Position numbers and translations under genes: made by a program
NCBI RefSeq assembly: GCF_006345805.1
Contig: NC_043006.1
Coordinates: forward strand, 75,020,001 to 75,084,000
Source of the DNA: Octopus sinensis
Lineage: Eukaryota
Reading direction: 5' to 3'
DNA length: 64,000 nt
Shown here: piece by piece, positions 50,323-63,670 of the stretch
Position numbering within the stretch: position 1 is the stretch's first letter
Layout: every line of letters begins with the position of its first letter
Notes under the pieces: model-generated
Database searches by the model: none
Seen by the model: only the letters and a program-made list of their open reading frames with translations
What the model was told of the DNA's origin: nothing

Positions 50323-50897
50323 CAGAGTTGGAACCTACATACATTGGAAGCTATGCCAACATTATGGAATAACAACAGAAAAAAGATGGTATAGGCACAC
50401 ACCAGAAAAGGTCACTGAAAACGAGAAAGCAACCATACTCTGGGATATGCCGATACACACAGATAGAGAAATTAAGGCCAACAGACCAGATATAGTTGTC
50501 AGAGATCATGAAGAAAAAAAATGCTTTCTAATTGATGTATCAATACCGGCAGATGACAACGTGTCTCTAAAAGAAATGGAGAAACTCTCAAAATACAAAG
50601 ACCTGGAAATAGAGATAACTAGAATGTGGAACCTGAAAACAGAAACAATTCCTATCATAGTAGGTGCATTAGGCACGATAAAAAAATATTCAGACAAATA
50701 CATAACAAAAACACCAGGACTTACAAACACATATAACATACAGAAAATTGCACTACTAGGCACTGCACACATCCTACGCAGAACACTTTCCATACAATAA
50801 CCATCAGAGCATCACAACAAATCACAGCACATACCCAAGGCACACAGAGCTGCGCTCGGTAGTGAAGTGAAAGCACGCTATAAAAGTAAAACTACTG
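50321..50897 (+). mobile_element. R4/Dong RLE LINE subfamily 1, 5'-truncated, RLE domain uninterrupted
   Basis: DRVGTYIHWKLC..ILWDMPIHTDREIKANRPDIVVRD..CFLIDVSIP..EKLSKYKDL..IIVGALG..ALLGTAHILR*; (AAT)n on both sides. Confidence 0.95.
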
Positions 50898-51652
50898 AAT
50901 AATAATAATAATAATGATAGTTTGAAATTTTGGGAGAAGTCGATTGCACTACCCTCAGTTCCTCAACTGGTACTTATTTTATCGACCCCAAAAGGATGAA
51001 AAGCAAGGAAAACATAGTAATAAACAAATAATTTTTATTATTATTTATAAATAATGGGAAGGATTTTAAAGCACTGGTCTTCTATAACGTTGAGTCTGGA
51101 TAAGCAGAGACCAATTCGCAGATTCAGCTTTACGATTTTCAGGTAATTTGCAAATGCCCTTGGTAAAAGGCATGGTAGTCAAATAGACTTGTTCTCCTCT
51201 TGAATAAATTTGTGCTGTTGCGTCTGTCTAAGTTAGAAATCAATATTTTAACCCACCTAAGTCTGATACAATAGAATTGACCTTTTCATGAACAGAAGTA
51301 TCAGTCGATTAGCTAAGCTGTCGTATTGGCTTCTTATGGAAGGGAGAAAACAATTGAACTTGCAATATTCAATCAAGGTCAATAGTGACGTAGGAGAAAA
51401 GAAATAGCTTCAATCACACACACAAAAAAATCGAAAACGAGCTTATGTTCTTGATTCAGTGTTAGCTTATCTCTCTACAGTGAAGCAGTTATCACAACAG
51501 CAGCATTCATTAGGTGAATTGCGAATATTTATGACTAATGGAGAGACCGACGCAAAGAATTTCTGTTGTCACTTTGCTCTGAGTGGTCTTTCGTTCTGCT
51601 AGAAATTGCAACCAAATTCCTTCAAGTAGCGTGCTACCATTTTAAGATAAAA

Positions 51653-51809
51653 TGTGTGGTAAGTAGCTTGTCTACCAACCACATGGTTCCGGGTTCGGTC
51701 CCACTGCGTGGCACCTTGGGCAAGTGTCTTCTGCTATAGCCCCGGGCCGACCAATGCCTTGTGAGTGGATTTGGTAGACGGAAACTGAAAGAAGCCTGTC
51801 GTATATATG

Positions 51810-51840
<31 letters not shown>

Positions 51841-52048
51841 TTGTGTGTCTGTGTTTGTCCCCCTAGCATTGCGTGACAACCGATGCTGGTGTGTTTACGT
51901 CCTCGTCACTTAGCGGTTCGGCAAAAGAGATAGAATAAGTACTGGGCTTACAAAGAATAAGTCCCGGGGTCGAGTTGCTCGATTAAAGGCGGTGCTCCAG
52001 CATGGCCGCAGTCAAATGACTGAAACAAGTAAAAGAGAGTAAAAGAGT
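51653..52048 (+). mobile_element. Family M SINE with short (~35 bp) microsatellite
   Basis: Homology to other copies. Confidence 0.88.
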
Positions 52049-52433
52049 ATACATTGGACGATGTAGTTGTTAGATATACAAAAGAAGTCGAAATGACCAA
52101 AGTTTGTATGTCTTTTATCAAAAGAACAGCGACAACAATCTGATTAGTAAACTTTTCTTTCACCAATTCTTAATAATCTCAACTACTTAATAATCTAACG
52201 AGGTCTCTATGCAGTCACTCGACTTGTTTAATATAGGTTTCATGGCGTGGACAAGACAAGACATAACTTTACCTCGAGGCAGGTCACACATCTAAATAAC
52301 ATTCCCTGGTGCTCTTATATTTATTCTCAACAACAAAGTGTCAATTTTTGTCTTACATCCATTCAATATCGATTAAACAGATATCAAAACTAATCAGGTC
52401 TTGAGGCTGTTTTATTCAATTGCATTTCCCACA

Positions 52434-52484
<51 letters not shown>

Positions 52485-53004
52485 ACGTGTAATCCCACGC
52501 TAAAGACAAAGAAATCGTGTCACGCCGCCTAACCAGATTTTAGGAGTCTGCCGGTGCCTTGCTCCTGGCAATAATATCTAATTACTTCGTTGCCTTTCGT
52601 ATCACTTCAACTAGTCATTAACACAACAAAAGCAATAACAACAAAAACAGATAGATGCATAAAGATTTGTGAACAGGTCACCGGAATAATAATGAGATAA
52701 TAATGTAAACGGAAGTCATTGCGAGAGAGAGGGAGGGTTATCCTGTTCAATCAATTAACCATCCAATCAATATATTCACAAATCACTGAATATGTAGCAT
52801 GAAATGTGTTCAGAAAGACATTAGTGCGTAGTCCGAAGCACAAACGTGTTATTCAGAATCACGTGTGGTGCAAGATCGCACAAAATTATGTGATCTGGAA
52901 CAATGAGAGTAAGTAATTTAGAATGCAATAGTGTACTACTCAAACTCAAAAAGGAGTGTTACCCAGGAACATAAATGTGTTTAGTCCCAAAATCAAAAAA
53001 CGCT

Positions 53005-54025
53005 AAAATATTTTCTTTTCTACTCTAGGCGCAAGGCCCAAAATTTGGGGGAAGTGGGGCCAGGATCTTTTCGGTTTGAACGGCAGTTTTTTAAAATAAT
53101 TTCCACGTAACTAAACACTTTTAAACTTCGTATACTGGTAGAATGTGTTTATAAAACATCTTTTTCTTTTGGCTTTATTGAGAAAATTCTATAGTTTGTA
53201 AGATATTTGTTGTATTTTTTCTTCAATTTCTGCAATTTCAACCAATCAATGACCTCTATTTAGGTGAAAACATTCTGTGCCGTATGAATATGTCCCTCGT
53301 CTAAGAAACAGATTGGGTTTATTTACATTTCTGAAGAAAAAAAGATACCCTTCCCCCCACCCCTAACCCTAACTAACCCTAAAACAGATTGAAATGCAAT
53401 AGATCGATACTAGGGTCATAATTATGGATGACAATTTCATATGACACCGCTAGAAAAAACTGCCGTTCAAACCGAAAAGATCCGGGGGCCAGTCTATTAG
53501 ATCGACTCCAGTACACAACCGGTATTTAATTTATCAACGCCGAAAGGATGAAAGGCAAAGTCGATCTCGTGGTACTTTATTTATAGACTCCGAAAGGATG
53601 AAAGGCAAAGTCGACTTCGGCGGAATTTGAACTCAGAACGTAAAGACAAACGAAATACCTATTTCTATTTCTTTACTACCCACAAGGGGCTAAACACAGA
53701 GAGAAGGACAAACAATGACAGAAAAACAGATTAAGTCGATTACATCAACACCAGTGCGTAACTGGTACTTAATATATGTAGCGGCAGACGAAATACCTAT
53801 TTCTTTACTACCCACAAGGGGCTAAACATAGATAGGACAAACAAGGACAGACAAACGGATTAAGTCGATTATATCGACTGCAGTGCGTAACTGCTACTTA
53901 ATATATCGACCCCGAAAGGGGCAAAGTCGACCTCGGCGGAATTTGAACTCAGAACGTAACGGCAGACGAAATACGGCTACGCATTTCGCCCGGCGTGCTA
54001 ACGTTTCTGCCAGCTCGTCGCCTTA
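53005..54025 (-). mobile_element. Family N SINE array interrupted by MITE
   Basis: Tail split at GGGGCCA by the MITE. Confidence 0.83.
53063..53483. mobile_element. MITE family T copy 2
   Basis: GGATCTTTTCGG...CCGAAAAGATCC; TSD TGGGGCCA/GGGGGCCA (7/8); internal CCCTAA repeats. Confidence 0.92.
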
Positions 54026-54041
54026 GATACGCATTAATAAT

Positions 54042-54347
54042 GTTTGTGCCTTCTCTTGCCACGCCTGGCTCATAAGGGTAGGTTTCCCGGTCTCCTTGGT
54101 GTATAGGTTCCCCACTTGGACGGGACGCCGGTCCGTCGCAGGTGAGCTACAAGATGCATGAGGAAAGAGTGAGAGAAGGTTTTGGCGAAAGAGTCAGCAG
54201 AAGTTCGCCATTACCTTCTGCCGGAGCTACGTAGAGCTTAGGTGTTTCGCTCATAAACGCACACATCACTCCGTCTGAGATTCGAACTCGCGATCACTCG
54301 ACTGCGAGTCTGCTGCTCTAACCACTAGGCCATGTGCCTCTACACGA
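54042..54347 (-). mobile_element. SINE head H1 + tail C
   Basis: H1-type head; tail CTGCGACGGACCGGCGTCCCGTCCAAG; TSD ATTAATAAT. Confidence 0.82.
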
Positions 54348-54936
54348 ATTAATAATAACATGAATAAAAGCTTATTTCGAGTGGCCAAAGATCTGAATAA
54401 TGCGACACCTGTTCGTTTTGATTTTCTATCCAATGCAATTATGAAATGGTTGCTAAGGTGCCCGCGTAGTAAAAGGGGAAAATATACAGATACGATCGAT
54501 CTGTAAGAAGATTAACGATATATTTCATTGAGGATGAATCATCCTGTCAGGTAACATCATCAACGATCTTTACATCATTGATGGAACAGATATTCACTTG
54601 TATATCAGACACCTTTATGTTAACAAGAGAACCTGAACTAGCTAGAAATATTCTTATCTTTTACTGGATTCAGTCATTTCACTGCGGCCAAACTGGGGTA
54701 TCACCTTGAAAGAGTTACTCGTTGAAGTCGACCTACTACTTTTTTTTCCAAATCTGGTAACTAATCTATCGATCTACATTTTTGCTAAACCCCTAAGATA
54801 AGGGGACGGGAACATTCTAATATCGATTGTTAAAATATTTGAAATTAAAATAAGTTGCGGGGAGAAACAAACGCAAACGCCCAATCGCACATGTACACAT
54901 TCAGACACCATAGGCAGACACATATACATATAAGCA

Positions 54937-54966
54937 TAGATAGATAGATAGATAGATAGATCGATC

Positions 54967-55025
<59 letters not shown>

Positions 55026-55030
55026 CGATC

Positions 55031-55071
<41 letters not shown>

Positions 55072-55072
55072 G

Positions 55073-55111
<39 letters not shown>

Positions 55112-55128
55112 TTAGATAGAAAGGCAGT

Positions 55129-55183
<55 letters not shown>

Positions 55184-55184
55184 G

Positions 55185-55255
<71 letters not shown>

Positions 55256-55256
55256 C

Positions 55257-55315
<59 letters not shown>

Positions 55316-55345
55316 GTAGATAGATAAATAGATAGATAGATAGGT
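54937..55345. repeat. (GATA)n microsatellite, ~400 bp
   Basis: Direct reading. Confidence 0.95.
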
Positions 55346-56144
55346 ATGCATACCTATCTATCTATCTACACACGCACACGCACATACACACATACACACA
55401 CACACACACACACAAAATGCAACAAACTGGCAGAGCCTTTAAAGCGTCGGATAGACTGTCTTGCAACGTTCGTTCTGGATCTTTGTGCTCTGAGTTTAAA
55501 TCTCAACGAAGCTAGATGTATTATCCTTCCGAGAACGATACGTAAAGTCACAGTTAAGTACGAGGATTTTTTTTTTTACCCTCTTTCTCATGTTCCAGAA
55601 TTAGTTATAACGTCTCAAGATAGCATCTTGTTAAAAGATGCCAGAAGGAGGGCAATGCTACACAGACTGATTATGAAGACACAGGTCAAGCAGTTTTGTT
55701 CCCTGTTTCTGCGCATCGCCTTTCACATATGTCGCAGAGGTTGTCTTCAAGACCACAGTGCGTGGGTCACTTCCTAGCAAGTAAGCAAACTAAAATCCAT
55801 CCTAACCAAAGCCAGGCCACCGGCATTTCTTCCCGAAGAAAGAAATACTTGGAAACGACGAGGACCGGATTAACCGTTGAACGATTTAAGAACGTGGTTA
55901 GAACATCAAGAGATGATATCACTCACGTAGAGTTTGCTTTACTTCTGGTTCAGGATTTACAACGATTCAAATGATAAATTAAAATTTCTTAACAAATGAA
56001 CAAAAAGTGTGGGAAAATTTACATTTTTTTTTCTGTTGCTCTAGTTTTATGTAAATAATTTACATACTAGCGGGACCTGTGGAAATTCCACAGAGCGAAA
56101 AAGATTAAGAGAAGTCATTTAAGAAAAAAAGGATGATTTTTATT

Positions 56145-56388
56145 TTACTCTCTTTTACTCTTTTACTTGTTTCAGTCATTTGACTGCGACCATGCTGGAG
56201 CACCGCTTTTAGTCGAGCAAATCGACCCGGGGACTTATTCTTTTGAAAGCCTAGTACTTATTCTATCGGTCTCTTTTGCCGAACCGCTAAGGTACGGGAC
56301 GGGGACGTAAACACACCAGCATCGGTTGTCAAGCGATGTTTGGTGGGGAGACAAACACAGACACACAAACATAAACACACACACATAC

Positions 56389-56456
<68 letters not shown>

Positions 56457-56620
56457 TACGACGGGCTTCTTTCAGTTTCCGTCTACCAAATCCACGCACA
56501 AGGCTTTGGTCGGCCCGAGGCTATAGTAGAAGACACTTGCTCAAGGTGCCACGCAGTGGAACTGAACCTGGAACCATGTGGTTGGTAATCAAGCTACTTA
56601 CCACACAGCCACTCCTACGC
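56145..56620 (-). mobile_element. Family M SINE, full length
   Basis: Homology to other copies. Confidence 0.88.
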
Positions 56621-57414
56621 ATATTTTGGTAAGTTATTTCACTTCCAGTCACAACAATATATTGTAGGATTTTAAAATTCCCCTCTGCTAATTTCTTTAT
56701 ATTTCTCTCTTTCTCCCTACCTCTTCAATAAACTTTTTAAACGTCTTCATGTCTTTAACATTTTTCTATTTCTCGTCACTTTTCCCTCCCACCCTACAGC
56801 ATGTCATTAACACTTCTCTCTCCCACTTTTCTCTCACCGTCTTTTTCTCTCGCTCTTCGCCTCTCTCTTCAACTAACCACGTGATGCATTTGGCCTTAGT
56901 GTACTATTATACTACTCTCTTCTTTCTTCTCTACTCACATTCCTTCCCTCCTCTCTATCTCACTTTTACTCCACCTCTCACTCCATACCAACGTTTCTAA
57001 CTAACTAAAGTAGAATGGGCGAACGAACAAGCGAATTATTTTATAGACACTGTTTTCTACTATTTAGGGTTAAATAGTATTAAAAATGACACCAGTTATT
57101 TTTGTTACAGTTGTGAGGTCTAGCCCGGGGTTTACTTTAAAAGAAAACTATATTTTAAATCTATTATTTTACATTTAGAGTATTTATTATATCTTAACGT
57201 CTCGTCAGTTTGACAAAGAAAGGATCGAGCAGGATGCCATTGTGAGGCTGGGCCTAGAGCAACAACTGGCCTTAATCCGATCCTGAATTAGACTCAGTGA
57301 ATTATTATTTCCTTTTTAAAGTACATTATATCACTAGATGGATTGTGTTACTCACCTAAGATTATAAAAAGAAAAATAGTAAATTATATTGATGCTTCTC
57401 CCCCACTGTTATTC

Positions 57415-57980
57415 CTTTTTTACTCTAGGCACAAGGCTTGAAATTTTGGCGGGAAAGGCCAGTCGATTAGATTGACCCCAAGGCGCAACTGCTACTTAAT
57501 TTATCGATCACGAAAGGATGAAAGGCAAAGTCGACCTCGGCGGAATTTGAACTCACAACGTAACGGCAGACGAAATACCTATTTCTTTACTACACACATA
57601 GGGGACAAACAAGGACAGACAAACGGATTAAGTCGATTATATCGACTCCAGTGCGTAACTGGTACTTATTTAATCGACCCCGAAAGGATGAAATGCAAAG
57701 TCGACCTCGGTGGAATTTGAACTAAGAACGTAAAGACAGATGAAATACCTATTTCTTTACTACCCACAAGGGGCTAAACACAGAGAGGATAAACAAGGAC
57801 AGACAAAGGTATTATATCGATTACATCGACTCCAGTGCGTAACTGGTATTTAATTTATCGACCTCGAAAGGATGAAAGGCAAAGTCGATCTCGGCGGAAT
57901 TTGAACTCAGAACGTAGCCGCAGACGAATTACTGCTAAGCATTTCGCCCGGCGTGCTAACGTCTCTGCCAGCTCGCTGTC
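57415..57980 (-). mobile_element. Family N SINE trimer
   Basis: Cores at 57530, 57700 and 57884; TSD-like TCTCCC..ACTGTTATT on both sides. Confidence 0.87.
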
Positions 57981-58559
57981 TTTCTCTCCCACTGTTATTG
58001 CTAAACAGGCGTAAATGAATACAACTAAAATGAACTCTTTGACAAACCTATGAGAAAACCTTTACGTTGGCGCTCGATCTCATAAAAGTAATAGCCATGT
58101 CTACTTCATAACACAGTATACTATCTTAAAAAATAGGAGACATTGGGAAGTGTAGTTGTAAATATGCTATTCTTAGAATTTAATAACTAATCGGAATGAT
58201 CACAGCCGGAATGATCACAGTCGACATCATTAAGATCATAGATGAATTCGAAAAGGTCTGACCTAGGACTAACCACCGACAACAGAAACAACAATTCATA
58301 TAAAAGCCTTCGTTTTAAAGTATTTTACATTAATAACTCTTAGTATAAGCATAAATACCACATAATTCCATTAATTTTTCTGATAAAGTCAGGAAACTCT
58401 GTTCGAAAGCCAGTCAAATTGTCTGTAACTGTTACTCACTCTGTCTGTTTATCGCTTTCTATCTCTTCCTCTCCACCTCTCACATCTTGGATGTTCCTCT
58501 GTGTCAAACGGTGAAAGGCCTGTGGATGTATCTATGTCTGTAGCGACTACATAGATATT

Positions 58560-60110
58560 TGAAACAATTAGTGAAAGCATGGTGCGTTACCCAGCCATTT
58601 TCGCTCGCAAGTGACTGCTAGTTGTATGCAATCAAAATAGCTAATTTGGATAAAGTATTATCATTTTCATACCACACAAGAATCTTGAGAAGTTGTTCAA
58701 TCTTAGAAATCCAAATGTTTGGGTGACTTTTCAGAAGCAACTGAAGCAATCTTTGTTCTTTATGAAGAATTCCAAGATTTCTTCATAAAGCACAAATCTG
58801 TCCAGTCTATATCAGTGCTATAAAACTGTCCAAGGCTGCAACATTTTAAAGATGTTTACCATATTTAATAGCATAAAATCTGCACGGGCATATTTGATGC
58901 AGCATAATTTCAGTAGCGTATATTCAGGAAACAACCATGTAATATTATAAGTCCAACTTCAAGAGGTGATGTTTTTGAGACATTTTCTGGTGGGGAAATG
59001 TCGCTTTATACGTTACCAAATACGATACATTATGAATACTGTTACATTTATTTGAGTCCAAAATTAATCCTCTAGTGTATAAAAAAACAAAATATTCAAA
59101 TTTTGTATCTGAGTCATAGAAACAGACAAATTTTTCTTCAGTTTCATTATAGAGATATTCGATAATTTCTTTCAGTATTGTCTTTATCTCTTCTTTTCGC
59201 TGTATTCTAGTTTGTTTCTTCTTTCTCATTCATCACATAGCTTTAATCCAGCTTCATATGATTCCCCGATCAATGATTCTTGATTGCTTAAAAAATAATC
59301 GTGAAAAAAAAAGAAGAAAAAACTCTTTTAAAAACACAAACTGTATCATTAAAGTTCATAGTGAGATCTTGAAGTCGATTTAGAAAACGGTCAAACAGAA
59401 CAAGAACTTTCATTCCCTAGGATCCATGCAAAACTAAAAGCTGAAATTAAAAATCTGATTTAGTCCCCTGCTTTGCATTATCTTTTATATAAAACAGTTT
59501 GAATTTTTTCTCCAACCATGTTTTGTAATAGTTCTACTGTAATATAACAGAACAAAAAACTATAAACTGGCGTTATAATCTCCGTTCTGGAACCTCATCT
59601 AGATTTGATAACTATTGATCTGGTATTTTCCAGCTTTTGCTAAAGAGGAGTTGAACAGGAAAAGAAGAAATAAAATGACAGAATTCTAGCAAAAAAGTTG
59701 CTATCAATATAGATCATCGTAGTAGGAGGCGCTCCAACGAAATTGAGAAAATGATTATCGCAGTTTACAAAAATAGCTTTGCAATTTCTTTCTTTAATTC
59801 TCTGTTGAACACCATTCTTATAACCAGTTACCACCACAGCATTGTCATAGCACTGAGGCCGGCGATCTTCTAATAACATTGTGTATTTTGCAAGTGGCTC
59901 AAAAAATTACTTCCGCCATAATTTCATTATTCTTTTATCTAAATCAGATAAATTCAAAAACGGGATATTTCGTTTTCGTATTCGGTTTGTAAGATTCTTG
60001 ACAGGAACCCGTGTCTTGAAACAGATATTAGTGTATCTCGGGAGGATCATTGCACCAACAATAAGTAAAAGCACGGATTTAGATTCACTTCTTAAACATT
60101 TGTCAATTGG
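58560..60110 (-). mobile_element. Decayed hAT transposase (ZMYM1-like type)
   Basis: EDRRPQCYDNA..GYKNGVQQRIKERNCKAIFVNCDNHFLNFVG..FF..YFFFSCST; RLQDLTMNF; C-terminal ..LSKLAIL; many stops. Confidence 0.8.
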
Positions 60111-60281
60111 TTAGTTATTTAATCTACTAACTAATCGATTGATTACTTAATCATTCAAGAATAGACTTATATATATATATATAATAATAAATATTAGGGA
60201 ATAAATCCAAATTTACAGGGAAAAATCAGATTTAGGATTGAATCCAATTTTATAGTAAAATATTATACAATATTAATTATA

Positions 60282-60554
60282 TGCCAGGTTTTAAAATAAG
60301 TACTATGATCGATTTGTGCGACTAAACCCATCAAGGGTGTACACCAGCATGGCCGAAGTCCAGTGACTGAAACAAGTAAACGATTAGAGATATTTATCTT
60401 CGCTTGTGCCGAATTAATGTATTCGGCTAATGGCCTCTATCTTTGTTAGAATTCGTAACATAGCATTCGTAAAGTCCAATGTTTTTTCGCCTCTTGTTGG
60501 ATTCAATTCCAGATAAAATAAATTGCTTGTAAATGACAGAAACAGTTCGGGATG
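60282..60554 (+). repeat. Left arm of 273-bp inverted duplication
   Basis: Reverse complement of 61245-61517. Confidence 0.93.
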
Positions 60555-60740
60555 AATGTCCTTAGAAGTGACAAGAAACAATTGTAGTGGATAACTTAAT
60601 TTTATTTAATTTATATAAAATTTTTTATGTATTGGATTAAGTCTTTCTTTGTTTGATTTGCATAATAGTGGTTTTGTCTCTAATTAATATTATATATATA
60701 TATATATTATATATATATATATATATACATATATATATCT

Positions 60741-60897
60741 TCCTTACCAACCACATGGTTCCAGGTTCAGTCCCACTACGTGGCACCTTGGACAAGAGTC
60801 TTCTACTACTTCTACTATAGCCTTGGGCCGACCAAAGCCTTGTGAATGGATTTGGTAGACGGAAACTGAAAAAAGCCCGTCGTGTATATATATATAC

Positions 60898-60977
<80 letters not shown>

Positions 60978-61212
60978 ATGTATGTATATGTGTGTGTATA
61001 TGTTTGCGTGTATATGTTTGTCCCTCCAACATCGCTTGAGAGCCGATGCTGGTGTGTTTACCTCCCCGTAACTTAGCGGTTCAGCAAAAGAGGCCGGTAG
61101 AATAAGTACCAGGCTTACAAAGAATAAGTCCTGGGTTTGATTTGCTCGACTAAAGGCTGTGCTCCAGCATGGCTGCAGTCAAATGACTGAAACAAGTAAA
61201 AGAGTAAAGAGT
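60741..61212 (+). mobile_element. Family M SINE
   Basis: Homology to other copies. Confidence 0.87.
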
Positions 61213-61244
61213 ATATATAATGTTTTCTTTTAATCAATGTCGAA

Positions 61245-61517
61245 CATCCCGAACTGTTTCTGTCATTTACAAGCAATTTATTTTATCTGGAATTGAATCA
61301 AACAAGAGGCGAAAAAACACTTGACTTTACGAATGTTATGTTACGAATTCTAACAAAGATAGAGGCGATTAGCCGAATACATTAATTCGGCACAAGCGAA
61401 GATAAATATCTCTAATCGTTTACTTGTTTCAGTCACTGAACTGCGGCCATGCTGCTGCACAGCCTTGATGGGTTTAGTCGCATAAATCGATTATAATACT
61501 TATTTTAAAACCTGGCA
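61245..61517 (-). repeat. Right arm of 273-bp inverted duplication
   Basis: See 60282-60554. Confidence 0.93.
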
Positions 61518-61825
61518 CTTATTCTATCGGTTTCTTTTGCTGAACTGCTAGGTTACGAAGACGTAAACAGAGTAACAATGGTTGTCAAGCGGGGAAAGAG
61601 TGGGATACACAAGCACAAAACACACGCACGCATGCACGCACGCGCGCGCACGCGCACACATGTTTCGGGTTTCCAAACAGTTTCCGTCAAGCAAATCTAC
61701 TTACAAGGCATTAGGCGGCCCGGGGCTACTGTAGAAAACATTTGCTCCAAAGTGCCACCCAGTAGGACTGTACCCGAAACCGCGTGTTTGCAAAGCTAGT
61801 GTCTTAATACTACCATGACTGCGTA
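61400..61825 (-). mobile_element. Family M SINE (older)
   Basis: Head and tail recognisable; centre is (CA/CG)n. Confidence 0.78.
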
Positions 61826-62669
61826 TATTTCTGGGATTCTTTCTCACATTACAGAGAGGTTCTTTCTTCACAGGATCAAGGTTTGCTCTTTACAATCTTA
61901 GAAATACACCCAGATTTCCTTCCTCTTCCTGTTTATGGGACTCCCAGTGAACACAATTTACACAAACACTATCCCTCTCTGCATATGCATATGAAGAGGG
62001 AGAGAGAGATAGAGAGAGAGAAGCAAGGGAAAGTGCAAGAGAAACGTTAACACATCTATTGTCAAATAAGTCAGCATCGAATCAACGACGCCAAAACGGT
62101 TGTGGCAAAATGTTTCGTAACAATGGAGAATTATGTGTGGGAATATCTCGCTATTTATGTTTCTGATGCAGCTGGACCTCGAAGCTCTCTGCTTATGATG
62201 CCGCCATTTTCTAAATTTTTTTTTTTCTTTTTTTCCCTAAGGTGAAGCAATATCGATATGTGTCTGACTTTTTTCGTAGAGGCGAAGCCTTCAGGGTGCT
62301 TTCCTATGATCGAATCCATTTTCTTGTTCCAAAGTTCCAAAGAACTTAGTGAAAATATCAAACAACAAAAGCAAAAAGCTATTTTTATTTCTTTGAAGAA
62401 TGAAATATGCCAAGAGCACTTCCTCACTTCCTCATCACTCTTCTGAACCATCTTTCATTCATTGGTCGGTTGAGTGGGAAGAAATATTCATTTTAATGTT
62501 TTGAAAATACCTTGAATCCAATGTAAATATATCTGTCCGCAAGGCATGTCTGTATATTTTTGACATTTTCTCAAACACAAAGAAAACAACACAGGGATTC
62601 TGACTTGCATCTGTAACAGATTGTGATGTGTTTGTCCGTTTTCCAATATCCAAAGTCTTATCGTTTTTA

Positions 62670-63670
62670 TTGGCGAACTGGCAGAATCGCTAGAACGCCG
62701 TAAAAAAAAAAAAATATATACATTGCGGTATTTCTTACAACGCTTTACGTTCTGAGTTCAAATTCAGCCAAGGTCGACTTTGTCGTTCATCCTTTCAGTG
62801 TCGATAAAATACATACCTATTTCTTTACTACCCACAAGGGGCTAAACACAGAGAGGACAAACAAGGACTGACAAGCGGATTAAGTCGATTATATCGACCC
62901 CAGTGCGTAACTGGTACTCATTTAATCGACCCCGAAAGGATGAAAGTCTTTTCTCCCACTGTTATTCTTTTCTACTCTAGGCACAAGGCTCGAAATTTTG
63001 GCGGGAGGGGGCCAGTCAATTAGACTGACCCCAGTAGGCAACTGGTACTTAATTTATCGACCCTGAAAGGATGAAAGCAAAGTCGACCTCGGCGGAATTT
63101 GAACTCAGAACGTAGCGGCAGACGAAATACTGCTAAGCATTTCTCCCGGCGTGCTAAATTTTCTGCCAGCTCGCCGCCTTAAAATAAATACTAGTTGAGA
63201 ACTTGGGTTGATGTAATCGACTAGCCCTTAACCCCAAAATGACAGGCTTTTGCCTATAGTATAATGGATGATTAAGCTACCGAGATGGCAAAATCGTTAC
63301 CGTGTCGTACAAAATGCATTGCGGTATTTCTTCCGGCGTGATTGCAGAAACGTTAGCGCGCCGGGCGAAATGCTTTCCAGTATTTCGTCTGCAGTTACGT
63401 TCTGAGTTCAAATTCCGCCGAGGTCGACTTTGCCTTTCATCCTTTCGGGGTCGATCAAATAAGTACCAGTTACGCACTGGGGTCGATGTAATCGACTTAA
63501 TCCGTTTGTCTGTCCTTGTTTGTCCCCTCTGTGTTTAGCCCCTTGTGGGTAGTAAAGAAATAGGTCTTTCTTCCGGACCTTTACATTCTGAGTTCAAAAA
63601 CCGCAGATAAAAAAAAATTACAAGTCAAAGAGTGGGGTCGATGTAACTGATTAACCCCTTTCTCCAAATT
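62670..63670. mobile_element. Cluster of family N SINEs in alternating orientation
   Basis: + fragment 62670, - fragments 62800-63200, + copy 63340-63560. Confidence 0.82.

Noticed and set aside
55570-55974. Possible Tc1 transposase or exon
   Set aside because: No convincing HTH/DDE motifs, TIRs or consistent splice pair.
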